Part shown: in pieces, positions 40,386-51,380 of the stretch
How the letters are laid out: each line of letters opens with the position of its first letter
How positions within the stretch are numbered: the stretch's first letter is position 1
NCBI GenBank assembly: GCA_000965745.1
Contig: CP009479.1
Span: 1,984,001-2,048,000 of the forward strand
Length of the DNA stretch: 64,000 nt
Source: an uncultured archaeon
GTDB taxonomy: Archaea > Thermoplasmatota > Thermoplasmata > Thermoplasmatales > Thermoplasmataceae
Reading direction: 5' to 3'
Position numbers and translations under genes: made by a program
The notes under the pieces: model-generated
What the model saw: the letters and a program-made list of their open reading frames with translations, nothing else
Databases searched by the model: none
Told to the model about the DNA's origin: nothing

Positions 40386-41738
40386 TCACTTGAAGAACCT
40401 TATCCTGACAACAGGCTCGTCCCTATCTTCCCTGAGTGCGTAGTAAACTACAATGCTGACAAGTATAAGTCCTACCCCCAGGCTCAGCGCAATTCTCGGG
40501 AACCCGAAAAAGAAAACCACTATAATGCCGATTCCAGCTACCGCCAGGTAAGGAAAAAGAGGCATTTCAAACACGTTTTTTATCTGTATCCCGGATTCTT
40601 TCAGAAATGCCCCATATTTCTCGGGATTGCGCCTGTGCCTTCTTATCTTCATCAAAGAGAAGCCCGTGAGAAGGTAGCTGAAGAGTATGCCGAAGTTGCT
40701 TATCGCCGCAATTATGTATATGTTTCCGGAGAATATGATGACGCTTCCAAGGAGTGCAGTAAGCAGAACTGCTGTAACAGGGGCCTTCCTTGTTTCCGTC
40801 CTTCTCCTGAAGAGTGCCGGGAGCAGGCCATCCTCAGAAAGCTGGTACACCAGCTGCGAGCCGGCTATGATCATTGCGAGTGTGGCTGAAACGGTTGCAG
40901 CCAGTGCTGCAAGATCCACAAGATAAAAGAGCCACAGTGGGCCATGGGAAGCAGTAAGGGCATAGCTAAGAGGATCTGCAACATATCCGAATACTCCAGA
41001 GGGGACCATTGAGAGAAGTGCCAGGGTCACCATGATGTATAGGACAAGGCTGATCACTACTGCCGCAATAATGGCCTTCGCAGCTGTTCTCCCGCCTCCC
41101 TTTATATTGGGGGTCATTGTAGCAATAGACTGGAAACCGGCATAAGCAAACATCGCAATTACACTTGCTGAGAATATGCCCGGTACGCCTCCCGTTACGG
41201 GGGTCGAAATGTTTGCTGCAAGTTCCTTTCCAAAAAGCAGAGCGAATATGATGAATATCACAAGCACGCCAACCTTGAAGGCTACAATGAAGAGGTCCGC
41301 CCTGGCAGCTTCTGATATTCCTTCGAGATTCACACCTATGAGGGCAGCGATAAGCATTATGGCGAATATATAGTGGTACATTGCGCCGGACAGGTTCAGC
41401 ATGGATGCCAGGTAGGAACCGAACCCGAGGGATATTGCAGAAACGGAAGCGACGAAGCTAAGGTAGAGGGATATGCCGGTAATGAAGCCAAGCTCACTCC
41501 CAAAGGCGGTGTATACATATGAGTATGAAGCACCTGAAGCATTGGGAAGGGAACTGGAAAGCTCCCCCATCTCAAAAGCAAGTACTATGGCAACGAATCC
41601 TGTCAGCATGAAAGCAAAGAGAGCCCCTGTCCCTGCCAGGTTGATCATGGTTCCGCTCAATACGAATATTCCCGCACCTATAATGCCGCCAAGCCCAACA
41701 GCGAGTGCTCCCGCAAAACCCACCTGCTTCAAAGCCAA
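40386..41738 (-). CDS. APC-family amino acid permease
   Basis: 'IIGAGIF', 'FAYAGF'. Confidence 0.9.
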   Translation of the reverse strand: MALKQVGFAGALAVGLGGIIGAGIFVLSGTMINLAGTGALFAFMLTGFVAIVLAFEMGELSSSLPNASGASYSYVYTAFGSELGFITGISLYLSFVASVSAISLGFGSYLASMLNLSGAMYHYIFAIMLIAALIGVNLEGISEAARADLFIVAFKVGVLVIFIIFALLFGKELAANISTPVTGGVPGIFSASVIAMFAYAGFQSIATMTPNIKGGGRTAAKAIIAAVVISLVLYIMVTLALLSMVPSGVFGYVADPLSYALTASHGPLWLFYLVDLAALAATVSATLAMIIAGSQLVYQLSEDGLLPALFRRRTETRKAPVTAVLLTALLGSVIIFSGNIYIIAAISNFGILFSYLLTGFSLMKIRRHRRNPEKYGAFLKESGIQIKNVFEMPLFPYLAVAGIGIIVVFFFGFPRIALSLGVGLILVSIVVYYALREDRDEPVVRIRFFK

Positions 41739-41890
41739 ACCCCGGAATATATCTGCTGTTGACTGATAAACGTATGCAGGAGTCTTCAGGGAGGGGCATT
41801 GATAGCTTTATCAACAATTATTCACGGCAACAGGCTATTGATTTCATGAAAATTGATAATGTATTTTAACTGGTTTGCCGTATTTTTAAT

Positions 41891-42181
41891 ATGGGGCTTT
41901 ATGTTCTATTAGTTAGAATGACGGAACAGGGAAAACGTCACATACAAGAGGCGTTGGAGAAGAGGGAGAAGGTCATGGAATTTATCAAGAAAGAGGGTGG
42001 AAACCCGCAAACGGTTCTAATGACATTCGGAAGGTATGATGTTATAGAAATACTGGAATTGCCCAGTGATGAAGTGGCAATGAAACTTTCCATAAAAGGT
42101 GCGGAAACCGGCGATGTCAGCATTGAGACCCTGAGGGCATTCACTGTCGATGAGATGCAGTCACTGGTTTCATCACTCTGA
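41891..42181 (+). CDS. GYD-domain protein
   Basis: 'TFGRYDVI', 'ETLRAF'. Confidence 0.85.
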   Translation: MGLYVLLVRMTEQGKRHIQEALEKREKVMEFIKKEGGNPQTVLMTFGRYDVIEILELPSDEVAMKLSIKGAETGDVSIETLRAFTVDEMQSLVSSL

Positions 42182-42305
42182 CCCATTTATCTAAAATACC
42201 CTATAATTACCCTTTTTTACTACTCTCCAGGCAAGGCTGGTCCGGCACTTCAATAGTTCGGTATAGTACTTATTAACGGGACTTTGTACAATCATGAGAT
42301 GTAAT

Positions 42306-42833
42306 ATGGCACAACGAGGGGAAACCAAGAATCCGGGATCAAAACAGGTCACGGTTATGCAGATCGGCTTGGAAGAAGATATAAGAAGACATTCCACCGA
42401 TTTGCTGAACAAGCTATTGAGTGATGAATTTACATTATATCTCAAGGCCAGAAAATACCACTGGAACGTGAGCGGTCCAATGTTCAATGATCTTCACAGT
42501 TTCTTTGAAATGCTCTATGAGGAACTTAACCTGATCGTTGACGAAGTTGCCGAGCGTGTGAAGCAACTTGGAGGCAACGCAGAGGGGACAATGAGCGAAT
42601 ACAAGGACAGAACAACCATAGAGGAGGATCCCGGAGTGTACAAATCTGACAGGGACATGATAGAAGGCATGCTCATCGGGTACGAGTCGATCATAAAAGG
42701 GATAAGGAACAACCTGGGCGAAACCGAGGAGCACAAGGACGAAGGAACTGCGCACTTCCTGGTGGATATAATGCTGAAGCACGAGAAAAAGGCATGGATG
42801 CTTCGGTCACTGCTTCAGGGCTGGAAACAGTAG
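42306..42833 (+). CDS. dps: Dps-family DNA protection protein
   Basis: 'YHWNVSGPMF..LH..FE', 'DEVAER', 'HEKKAWML'. Confidence 0.92.
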   Translation: MAQRGETKNPGSKQVTVMQIGLEEDIRRHSTDLLNKLLSDEFTLYLKARKYHWNVSGPMFNDLHSFFEMLYEELNLIVDEVAERVKQLGGNAEGTMSEYKDRTTIEEDPGVYKSDRDMIEGMLIGYESIIKGIRNNLGETEEHKDEGTAHFLVDIMLKHEKKAWMLRSLLQGWKQ

Positions 42834-43066
42834 AAACCATGCTGTTGAAATATAACTTCAACACCTTTTTTTAATTATGAAAGGGCTACAATCCATCTGA
42901 AGGGCCTTCTAGCCCTCCAGCAGAATACCAGAAAAAAGCTGAAAACTATCTGGGCCTGCAGACTAATGAAGTATACTGGGTTTATGTTCCCGGACGACAA
43001 TGACTGATCGCAATTACATCTTCAGGGACAATAAAGAGAGAGCGCAGGAAGGTTAAGGCAAATCGC

Positions 43067-44413
43067 TCACGAATTCTCCTTTGCCATTTTCTTGACCAGC
43101 ACATCGGCCGCCACGCCCAAGGGCTCCCATGCAGGGGCAAATGGCGGGGAGTACGAATAGTCTATCCCGGTCATGTCCTCCACAGTAAGGCCTGCATAGA
43201 GCGCTGCTGCCGCTACATCGATCCTTTTTGCCACGCCCTCTTTCCCGAGCATGACACAACCCAGCAGCCTGTGGGTCTTCCTGTCACCGACCAGCTTTAT
43301 CCTCAGTTCCTCTGCACCGGGATAGTATGAAGCTCTGGAAGAGGCTGTTATTGTAGAGGAGACGGGATCAAAACCCGCCTCCATGGCTTCTTCCTCGTTG
43401 AGCCCGGTCCTGGCAACGTTAAGAGAAAAAACCTTGACAACTTCGGTCTTCGTTATGCCCTTGTACTCAATGTTTCCACCCGCTGCATTGGTTCCAGCGA
43501 TCCTGCCGCTCCTGTTAGACCCCGTTGCAAGTGGGAAATATATCTCCATGCCCCCGACCCTCTCGTAAGTTGTGGCAACGTCGCCTGCCGCATATATGCC
43601 TTTGATGCTTGTCTGCATCGTTCTGTCCACCTTTATTGCTCCCCCTGAGTCCAGGGCAATTCCTGATCCAGAAGCAACCTCACTGTTCGGCACCACACCC
43701 ACCGAGAGGAAAACCATATCTGCGCTGGCCCTGAAACTGCCGCTCTTGACGGAGATACCTTCTCCGGAAGATTCGTCAACAGCCTCAACTGGCGAATTCA
43801 GGTGAACCTCTACCCCTTTGGAGGTAAGCTCTTCTACGATCATCTCAGAGAAAGCACCATCAAGTCCCCTAAGAACTTTCCCGGACCTCTGGAATATAGC
43901 AACATGAATGCCACGCGATGCAAAGGCTTCTGCCATTTCCAGGCCTACATAGCCTGCGCCCACGATGATAACCTCCTTCATTCCGTTGATATTGCCCATG
44001 AGCGTGTTCAGGTCGTCAAGGTTCCTCATGGTGTATACAAGCTTCTTTCCCTCAAATATACCGGGGATTCTCGGCCTTGCCCCGGTAGCTATGACCAATC
44101 TGTCAAACTTGTCAGTACTCTCTTTTCCGTCCGACAGAACCACTATCTGCTTTCTTTCGGGCATGATCTTTGTTACCCGGCTTCTAACCCTCACATCTAT
44201 CCTTCTTTCATCTCTGAATTTGGACATGGGGTAGTGGAGCAGCTCATCGAATTCCTCAACCTCGCCGCTAACGTAGAAGGGAATTCCACACGCAGAGTAA
44301 GATACAAAATTGCCCGCTTCATAAACTACAACCTCGCTGTCAGGCAATGCCTTCCTCGCCCTTGATGCAGCGCTCATGCCCGCGGCATCACCGCCAATAA
44401 CCACAATACGCAT
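43067..44413 (-). CDS. CoA-disulfide reductase / NADH oxidase family
   Basis: 'GGDAAGMSAA', 'SYSACGIP', 'GAGYVGLE', 'YAAGD', 'YSPPF'. Confidence 0.9.
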   Translation of the reverse strand: MRIVVIGGDAAGMSAASRARKALPDSEVVVYEAGNFVSYSACGIPFYVSGEVEEFDELLHYPMSKFRDERRIDVRVRSRVTKIMPERKQIVVLSDGKESTDKFDRLVIATGARPRIPGIFEGKKLVYTMRNLDDLNTLMGNINGMKEVIIVGAGYVGLEMAEAFASRGIHVAIFQRSGKVLRGLDGAFSEMIVEELTSKGVEVHLNSPVEAVDESSGEGISVKSGSFRASADMVFLSVGVVPNSEVASGSGIALDSGGAIKVDRTMQTSIKGIYAAGDVATTYERVGGMEIYFPLATGSNRSGRIAGTNAAGGNIEYKGITKTEVVKVFSLNVARTGLNEEEAMEAGFDPVSSTITASSRASYYPGAEELRIKLVGDRKTHRLLGCVMLGKEGVAKRIDVAAAALYAGLTVEDMTGIDYSYSPPFAPAWEPLGVAADVLVKKMAKENS

Positions 44414-44731
44414 GTTATCCCATTCACAATATCCGATGGGTGTATAAAACCAAAATCATGCCGGAAAATCAATTCCAACAAGGTGTCTTCAACATGGACC
44501 CTCGGTAAATACATCAGTCAACTTGAGAGCGTGTTGTTAGGGTTCACCAATCGGGCTGAAATTATGGCAAAAACGAGAACACTTCTCTGCCTTATGCGGA
44601 ATCAATAAAAATCCATGATTTCAACCGCTGGAAAATTCCCGGGTTTTTCCGTCCTACCCGTAACGTAGCATGATACACATCCTTAAATGTAAGGGGTAGC
44701 AAATATTACTTAAGAGGAGCTTTACAAACTC

Positions 44732-45865
44732 ATGCTGAACCGTAACGCGGCGGATTTTGGGCAGAAGCCACTGCTAGTTTTCTGGGAAACAACCAAATCA
44801 TGCGACCTTTCCTGCAGGCATTGCAGGGCATCAGCTATCAAGGAGCCATTGCCAGGAGAACTGAATTATGAAGAATCCCTCAATCTCCTTAAGTCCATAA
44901 CTTCCTTCGAAAAACCATACCCGAGGTTAATCATAACCGGTGGGGACCCGCTGAAGAAGGAAGGGCTTCTAGACCTGCTGGCAGAGGCCAGGGAGATCGG
45001 CATATCTGCATCCATAACTCCAGCAGTCACTGAAAGGCTTAAAGAATCTGTTATAGACAGCCTCACCGATGTGGGTGTAAGGTCTTACGCCTTGAGCCTG
45101 GATGGTTCAACACCTGAAAGCCATGATGGGTTAAGGGGAGTGGAAGGGACATTCCGCAGGACTCTTGAGGTAATGGACATGCTGATAGAGAAAGGCCTCT
45201 CGGTTCAGGTGAATACGGCAGTAATGAAATCCAATGTCAACGAGCTTCCGCGGATCCTAAATCTTCTTTCAAACAGGAAAATCTCTACCTGGGCACCTTT
45301 CTTTCTCATAAGGACCGGAAGGGGAAACGAACTCGAAGACCTTTCTCCTGAAGAGTATGAAGACGTAAACAACTGGATGTATCTCGCATCAAAATACGGT
45401 GTAAGAGTCAGGACCGTTGAATCGCCCATATTCAGGAGAATAGTTCTCCAGAAGGAGCAGGGGATGAGATACCGGGGAGGAGACCTTTACAGGCAGCTGA
45501 AATCTGAAACCATGAGGCTCATGAGGGTTCCGGGAAAGAGAAGCAAGAGTTACTTTGTCGGTTCAAGAGACGGCTCTGGAGTGATTTTCGTCTCACACGA
45601 CGGATATGTTTCACCTAGCGGTTTCCTGCCACTTCAGATGGAAAACGTGAAAGACAAGGACCTGGCCAGCATCTACAGGGACAACCCTGTGCTAAGGGCT
45701 ATCAGAACTCCTTCCAGGTATAGCGGGAAGTGTGGTGTGTGTGAATTCAACATCATTTGCGGCGGTTCAAGGGCAAGAGCATACTACCACACTGGCGATT
45801 TACTCTCTTCTGATCCGTCATGCGTCTACACGCCAAGAAAATACAAAGCAGTGGAAGCTTCATGA
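44732..45865 (+). CDS. Radical SAM/SPASM protein (AhbD/NirJ-like)
   Basis: 'CDLSCRHC', 'TGGDP', SPASM 'CGVCEFNIICGGSRARA...DPSC'. Confidence 0.88.
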   Translation: MLNRNAADFGQKPLLVFWETTKSCDLSCRHCRASAIKEPLPGELNYEESLNLLKSITSFEKPYPRLIITGGDPLKKEGLLDLLAEAREIGISASITPAVTERLKESVIDSLTDVGVRSYALSLDGSTPESHDGLRGVEGTFRRTLEVMDMLIEKGLSVQVNTAVMKSNVNELPRILNLLSNRKISTWAPFFLIRTGRGNELEDLSPEEYEDVNNWMYLASKYGVRVRTVESPIFRRIVLQKEQGMRYRGGDLYRQLKSETMRLMRVPGKRSKSYFVGSRDGSGVIFVSHDGYVSPSGFLPLQMENVKDKDLASIYRDNPVLRAIRTPSRYSGKCGVCEFNIICGGSRARAYYHTGDLLSSDPSCVYTPRKYKAVEAS

Positions 45866-45872
45866 AGGTGCT

Positions 45873-46460
45873 TCAGAAATAGGTCGTGGAAATCTTCTCG
45901 AAGAGTTCTTCTATCCTGTCCTTTATGATCCTCAGGTCTTCAGCAATGTCAGGAAAAGCTCTCGAATAAGTGCTGAAAAGGAAATTCACTAGTTTAAGGG
46001 CCAGCTTTACTATTCTTTCAACAGCCTCTCTTATCATTCCACCCTTAAAATCCCTGTTTGCACCCAGTTCGAGCCTGCTATCATCAGCGTCCTTTCCAAG
46101 GATTTTCTCAAGAGGGTCTTCGAACCCTGCATAGATGACCTCGAAATCACTGGCGTCGGGAAACTCCCTGAAAACGTATTCGGAAAGACCAATTCCCTTC
46201 CCGACTACTATGTTAATTTCTCTGGAATCGACAGACGTGATCCTCCCGTCGGGAAACTTCACATTGACTTTTGCATCCTCGAATATGGGCCTGTCGAACT
46301 CTTTTATCTTCTTCTCTACCCTATCCCTCAGGTCCACAAACTGCTTCAGCTCTATCTTCCCACTGATAGACCACACCTGATCTCTCAATGAAACAGCCTC
46401 CTTGTAGCTGTTTGTTACCCTGATGCGTTCTGAAATATAGTCTGCGCTGTTGAAGGACAT
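45873..46460 (-). CDS. Hypothetical protein
   Basis: 195-aa ORF with protein-like composition; no family recognised. Confidence 0.6.
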   Translation of the reverse strand: MSFNSADYISERIRVTNSYKEAVSLRDQVWSISGKIELKQFVDLRDRVEKKIKEFDRPIFEDAKVNVKFPDGRITSVDSREINIVVGKGIGLSEYVFREFPDASDFEVIYAGFEDPLEKILGKDADDSRLELGANRDFKGGMIREAVERIVKLALKLVNFLFSTYSRAFPDIAEDLRIIKDRIEELFEKISTTYF

Positions 46461-46733
46461 ATAGTCCCGTAATCATGGAATCAGGATTATTTATCGTCAC
46501 GATGATAGACACATCAGGATTTCGTTTCACAATATACACATTTATATGCATCCCGGGCAGTCCATGAGGCACCTGAAAGCCAACCAACTTACTCCCGAAC
46601 CTGATTAACTTCATTTGCCAGCAATGAAGGGCATAGCTAAGACGCCTGCAAAAATAATTAAGAACCTCCCGCCCGTTCCAATCCTGAAAAAATGGATTGT
46701 TATAATCTATGAGCGCAGGAGTTCACAAAATTC

Positions 46734-47951
46734 TCATAGAGTTATTTCTTCTTCAGGCTTTAGCATGGGCGCATCAACAGTTACCGACTTCGGGTATTTT
46801 ATTCCAGCTCCCGTGTTGAGGGCAACAACGCGTTCATTCTTGTCTATCCACCCGTTGTCGACCAGCTTCCTGATCCCCGCTATTGTCGAGGCGCCCTCAG
46901 GGCTCACAAACAGCCCTTCATTGTGCCCCACCATTGCCTGTGCCTCAAGAATCTCTTCATCTGAGACTGAGAGCGCATATCCGCCGGTCTCATAGAGGGC
47001 ATCCAGCACAAGGAAATCGCCCAGTGACTTGGGAACGTTCATGCCAAAGGCTACGGTGTAGGAATCCTCCCACAAATCACTCTCCCTTCTCTTATTTTTC
47101 CAGGCATCCACAATAGGTGCACACCCTTCAGCCTGGACCGAAACAAGGCGAGTGTTTGCGTCATCGATCCAGCCAACTTCCTTGAGCTCCTTCATGGCTT
47201 TGTGTATCCCTATTAAGCCAAGCCCTCCCCCGGTTGGGTACAGTATAACATCGGGAGGTTTCCAGTCGAGCTGCTCCATGATTTCATACCCCATGGTTTT
47301 CTTCCCTTCAAGCCTGTATGGTTCCTTGAGTGTTGACACTTCAAAGAGCCCGTACTTCTCACAGAGTTTTCCAACGATGACTCCTGCATCATTGATCCTG
47401 CCGTCAACTAGATATAGGTGTGCCCCGGCAGCAGTGCATTCTGATCGTGTGATCATTGGGGCATTATTTGGCATGACAACATATGCGCCAAGGCCTGCTT
47501 TTGCGCTGTAAGTTGCCCAGGCAGCCCCTGCATTGCCGTTTGTAGGTATCGCTATGTTGGATATTCCAAGCTCCTTTGCCTTGGAAACTCCTGCAGCGGC
47601 TCCCCTGGCCTTGAAGGTGCCGGTCGGGTTGAGGCCTTCATTCTTGATCATCAGATTGTTGAGGTGAAGTTTTTCTCCAAGGGAGTCCATCTCGAGAAGA
47701 GGAGTGTAACCTTCTCCAAGTGTTACAATGTTTTGAGGGTCAGCAACAGGAAGAAACTCGCTGTATCTCCACATGTTACCATCCCTTCTCGAAATTTCCT
47801 GCTTGTCTGCGTTCTCTTTCAAACCTTCAACGTCGTACATTGCCAACAATGGCGAACCGCATGTACATAGGTTGTTGACCTTCATTGCATCATATTTTTT
47901 CGAACACTTTGGACAATACAAGTGGTCAACATAACTGAATCTCTTGTCCAT
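46734..47951 (-). CDS. thrC: Threonine synthase-like PLP enzyme
   Basis: N-terminal CxxC..CxCG, 'LGEGYTPL', 'NPTGTFKARG', 'EGKKTMGYE', 'PTGGG'. Confidence 0.85.
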   Translation of the reverse strand: MDKRFSYVDHLYCPKCSKKYDAMKVNNLCTCGSPLLAMYDVEGLKENADKQEISRRDGNMWRYSEFLPVADPQNIVTLGEGYTPLLEMDSLGEKLHLNNLMIKNEGLNPTGTFKARGAAAGVSKAKELGISNIAIPTNGNAGAAWATYSAKAGLGAYVVMPNNAPMITRSECTAAGAHLYLVDGRINDAGVIVGKLCEKYGLFEVSTLKEPYRLEGKKTMGYEIMEQLDWKPPDVILYPTGGGLGLIGIHKAMKELKEVGWIDDANTRLVSVQAEGCAPIVDAWKNKRRESDLWEDSYTVAFGMNVPKSLGDFLVLDALYETGGYALSVSDEEILEAQAMVGHNEGLFVSPEGASTIAGIRKLVDNGWIDKNERVVALNTGAGIKYPKSVTVDAPMLKPEEEITL

Positions 47952-48198
47952 GCTATTCCTACACAAAGATACTATTTAACAGTTGTTCAGCATTTAAATA
48001 CGTGGCATTCCGGAATATTACCAGTAGTGAGCGACATTTTTCGACGCTGTTTTTGTTAAAATTGAACTAAGTTGGTATATGAATTTTAGCACTTTGCCTG
48101 AAAATTAAATTTCAAAAGTTTCCCCGTACGTTTAATAATATATTTATTGCTCTTTCATTGGCATTTGTGTGAATAAACTGTAATTTTTATATGATATC

Positions 48199-48810
48199 TT
48201 GCAATTTTTGCCTGTGGCAACATACAGGAAGAACAGGGGGTCGGTGGAAAATACCGTCAGAAACTATCTGAGGTCCAATATGAATGCGTATTCTATGCTG
48301 AAAAGTGGTGCAGCAAATATAAGCAAGCTGAGCAGGGACATAAGGCGGGAACACGCAGACCTCAGCATATCGAGCATAAGATATTCGCTGAACAAGATAA
48401 TGGCAGAACCTTCCGGAAACAAGTCTGACCTTTCGAAGGTGGACAGGCTGATTGCACAAAGCAAGATTACGCTGCAGGATAAGATAACTGTCCTGACAGC
48501 AAATTCACCTGCCAGGGTCAACTACATATCTGCAACCTACCTGACAGACTCAGTTGTTTATATCGTGGACGAAACCAAGGAAGGCAGGCATCTAAACGAG
48601 CCAGAGATTGTCGCTGAGAGAGATGTAAGCCTTCTGCATATTTTCTCGTCAAGAGACATTGAAAAGGTTCCGGGTTTCGTGATGAGGATAACAGAACGCC
48701 TCTTCTCTGCTGGAATAAACATTCTGCAGCTCATATCATGTGCCAATGAAACAATAATCGTAGTGAGAAAAAGTGACGGGATAAAGGCCTATGAAGCGCT
48801 GGTTGGCTGA
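48199..48810 (+). CDS. HTH + C-terminal ACT-domain protein
   Basis: 'NISKLSRDI' N-terminus; ACT 'PGFVMRITERLFSAGINILQLISCANETIIVV'. Start uncertain. Confidence 0.75.
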   Translation: MQFLPVATYRKNRGSVENTVRNYLRSNMNAYSMLKSGAANISKLSRDIRREHADLSISSIRYSLNKIMAEPSGNKSDLSKVDRLIAQSKITLQDKITVLTANSPARVNYISATYLTDSVVYIVDETKEGRHLNEPEIVAERDVSLLHIFSSRDIEKVPGFVMRITERLFSAGINILQLISCANETIIVVRKSDGIKAYEALVG

Positions 48811-48828
48811 ATTAGCAACTAACGGTGA

Positions 48829-50157
48829 TTATCGGTCGAGCAGCTTCCTGGCTTTCCCGATTAGATCCTCCCGTGCACGGATTATCTCTTTAATCCCCGA
48901 TTCAACGGAATCTTCAACAGCCCTAATATCAGATTCGTCCACTGAAAGGATGGAACCGGGCTTTATCTCATCAAGCTTTTCTCCTTCAAGGATTCTCTTC
49001 CCAACCTGCGAATAGGAGTCTTTCCATGATGCCCCGAGGCTGAACATTGCCTTTGCGTTTGCTGTTGCGTATGAAGAATTCTTGATTGATAACCCCGCTG
49101 CCCCGGAATTAACAGTAAGCCCTGAAAAGAAATCAGGAAGCGGATCGAGTATCATCTTTACTCTTTGGAATATATTGACCAGTATTTTCTTTGAAATCTG
49201 AAAATCCCTGTGGTAACCGGACGACTTGTTCGCAACCATCCCAAGCAGCGAGTTGAATTTTCCAATGATCTCGCTTGTGTAGCCCTGGACCATCTCGAGG
49301 AAATCCGGGTTTCTCTTGTTTGCCATCAGTGAACTGCCGGTGACGAACCCTTCCGGAAGTGTGAACAGTGGCATCTCATCTCCTGAGAACATTATGAGAT
49401 CCTGGGAAATTCTGGAAATATTGAGCAGCAGCTTGAGGAGAGGGAATACAAGATCTACTTCGTCCATCCCGCGCCTGAGGGAAAGGTATTGCGGATTTTT
49501 TTTCACAGCCTTCAGTCCCAGAAGTTCTGAGACGCCATTGAAGTCGGCGTCACTCAGGCTTCCAAATCCAGATCCGTAGCCGAACGGGACATGATCAATG
49601 CTTCTGGAAACCTGTTCCAGGCTCTCTGCAGATTCCTTGAATATCGCAGCAAAATAATCGAAGTACGATTTGACGGAAATCACCATCCCCTGCCTGTAGT
49701 GCGTATAGCCTGGCATCTCGCCACTTACTTCATCTCTCTTCTTCAGAAGCTCTTTGGATATCTGCAGGGACAGTGAGGCTAACCTAAGGAGCTCGAACCT
49801 TCCGTAAAGCAGGATGTCAGTATGGATCTGCTCATTTCTTGAGAGGAACATCCTGAGATTCTTTCCAGCTTCCCCGGCTTTCTGAAGAACATAGTTCTCA
49901 ACGTTGCCGTGTACATCTTCAAGCTCTTTTTTCAACACAATTTTTGCATCGAGAAGTGAAAGCAGGGCAGATATGATTTTTGCACTATCCTCCTTTGGAA
50001 GAAGATTCTGCATGTGCATCTGCACCTGGTAAGCTAACAGGGCAAGTACTTCATACTCCAGGAATACTCTGTCTATGACTACGTCTTCATCAACCATTAG
50101 GTTGTCAATATCAGAAGGGAGTTCCTTGGAAGCCCCCCCGCTCCAGATTTTAGTCAT
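48829..50157 (-). CDS. argH: Argininosuccinate lyase
   Basis: 'KIWSG', 'EDVH', 'SRNEQ', 'MPGYTH', 'GSSLMANKRNPD'. Confidence 0.92.
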   Translation of the reverse strand: MTKIWSGGASKELPSDIDNLMVDEDVVIDRVFLEYEVLALLAYQVQMHMQNLLPKEDSAKIISALLSLLDAKIVLKKELEDVHGNVENYVLQKAGEAGKNLRMFLSRNEQIHTDILLYGRFELLRLASLSLQISKELLKKRDEVSGEMPGYTHYRQGMVISVKSYFDYFAAIFKESAESLEQVSRSIDHVPFGYGSGFGSLSDADFNGVSELLGLKAVKKNPQYLSLRRGMDEVDLVFPLLKLLLNISRISQDLIMFSGDEMPLFTLPEGFVTGSSLMANKRNPDFLEMVQGYTSEIIGKFNSLLGMVANKSSGYHRDFQISKKILVNIFQRVKMILDPLPDFFSGLTVNSGAAGLSIKNSSYATANAKAMFSLGASWKDSYSQVGKRILEGEKLDEIKPGSILSVDESDIRAVEDSVESGIKEIIRAREDLIGKARKLLDR

Positions 50158-51380
50158 GTCTGATTCTTACTGCTCAGTATCCTTTCTAATTTCTTATTCC
50201 TTACTCTTGCTGTATTCACTGTCTGATTCCCGAATATGCTGATGAACCCTTTCGCCATTGATTGGTCAAATGTATCCTGTTTTCCATACGTGGAAGTTTC
50301 AAAGTTGTAAAGGGAATTCTGGCTCTCAATCCCTGCCACAGAGCAAAGGCCCTTGTCGAGAATAAGCCTTACTTCTCCTGTAATTGGTTCATTAACACTT
50401 TCCTCAAAGGCATTTATATGCGTCATCACAGGGTCGAACCAGAGCCCATTGTAGACCAGGTCTCCCCATTTGGCATCCATTGCTTTTTTGATGTCCATTT
50501 CTTCCTTGTTGAGTGTAATTCTCTCAAGGGCCTTATGTGCAGCCAGTAGAACAACCGCGGCAGGGCATTCATAAAATTCACGGCTCTTGATTCCTGTGAC
50601 TCTGTCTTCCAGATAGTCTATTCCGCCGATTCCTCTCTGCCCGGAAATTGAGTTTAGCCTGGAAACTATGTGCCTGATGTCCAAATCTTCATTGTTCAAT
50701 GTGACGGGAAGCCCTTGGGAGAACCCAATCTGAACTTCGGCCTTAACCTCCCTTACGAGATGAGGAGGTACAACCCAGGAGTAAGCATCATCCGGGACCG
50801 GGAAAGCAGGATTCTCCAGGTCTGATCCTTCTACCGAACGCCCCCATAGGTTCTCGTCGGTGGAGTACTTCCCGCCCTGTTTTACAGGGATGTTGTTTGC
50901 AAGGGCAAACTCCACTTCCTGATCACGGTTGAGCCCCCAGTCCCTCACCGGGGCAATTACTTCAATATCATCGTTTAAAGCTTTGATTGAAACTTCGAAT
51001 CTTACCTGATCGTTACCTTTGCCAGTGCAGCCGTGAACTATCAGATCACAGTCATATTCTTCCGCGAAACGCACTGCTTCAAGAGACATTAGCGGCCTTG
51101 CGATGCTTGTTGACAATGGATAAATACCCCCATAGAGCCCGTCTGATTTGATCTCTCTTGAAATGTATTCAGCTGCAAATTTTTTCTTTACGTCTTCAGT
51201 GATTACGTCAGTTGCACCTAAATCCCAAGCTTTTCCGGATATCGCCTTCAGGTCATTCTCTTCCTGCCCAATGTCCAGTGTGAGGGTCAATACATCCATG
51301 CCGAGCTTTTCCTGCAGCATTTTAAGCATTACTGAAGTGTCAAGGCCTCCAGAGTAAAGAAGAAGGGCTCTCTTTGCCAT
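50154..51380 (-). CDS. argG: Argininosuccinate synthase
   Basis: 'YSGGLDTS', 'HGCTGKGNDQVRFE', 'DENLWGRS', 'GIKSREFYE'. Confidence 0.95.
   Translation of the reverse strand: MAKRALLLYSGGLDTSVMLKMLQEKLGMDVLTLTLDIGQEENDLKAISGKAWDLGATDVITEDVKKKFAAEYISREIKSDGLYGGIYPLSTSIARPLMSLEAVRFAEEYDCDLIVHGCTGKGNDQVRFEVSIKALNDDIEVIAPVRDWGLNRDQEVEFALANNIPVKQGGKYSTDENLWGRSVEGSDLENPAFPVPDDAYSWVVPPHLVREVKAEVQIGFSQGLPVTLNNEDLDIRHIVSRLNSISGQRGIGGIDYLEDRVTGIKSREFYECPAAVVLLAAHKALERITLNKEEMDIKKAMDAKWGDLVYNGLWFDPVMTHINAFEESVNEPITGEVRLILDKGLCSVAGIESQNSLYNFETSTYGKQDTFDQSMAKGFISIFGNQTVNTARVRNKKLERILSSKNQT

Noticed and set aside
44630-44650. GGAAAA-TTCCCGGGT-TTTTCC inverted repeat before the radical SAM gene
   Set aside because: Short, low-complexity arms and no second instance noticed.
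48060-48198. ARG-box-like TGAAT elements
   Set aside because: Spacing does not fit the 18-bp palindrome; AT-rich background.
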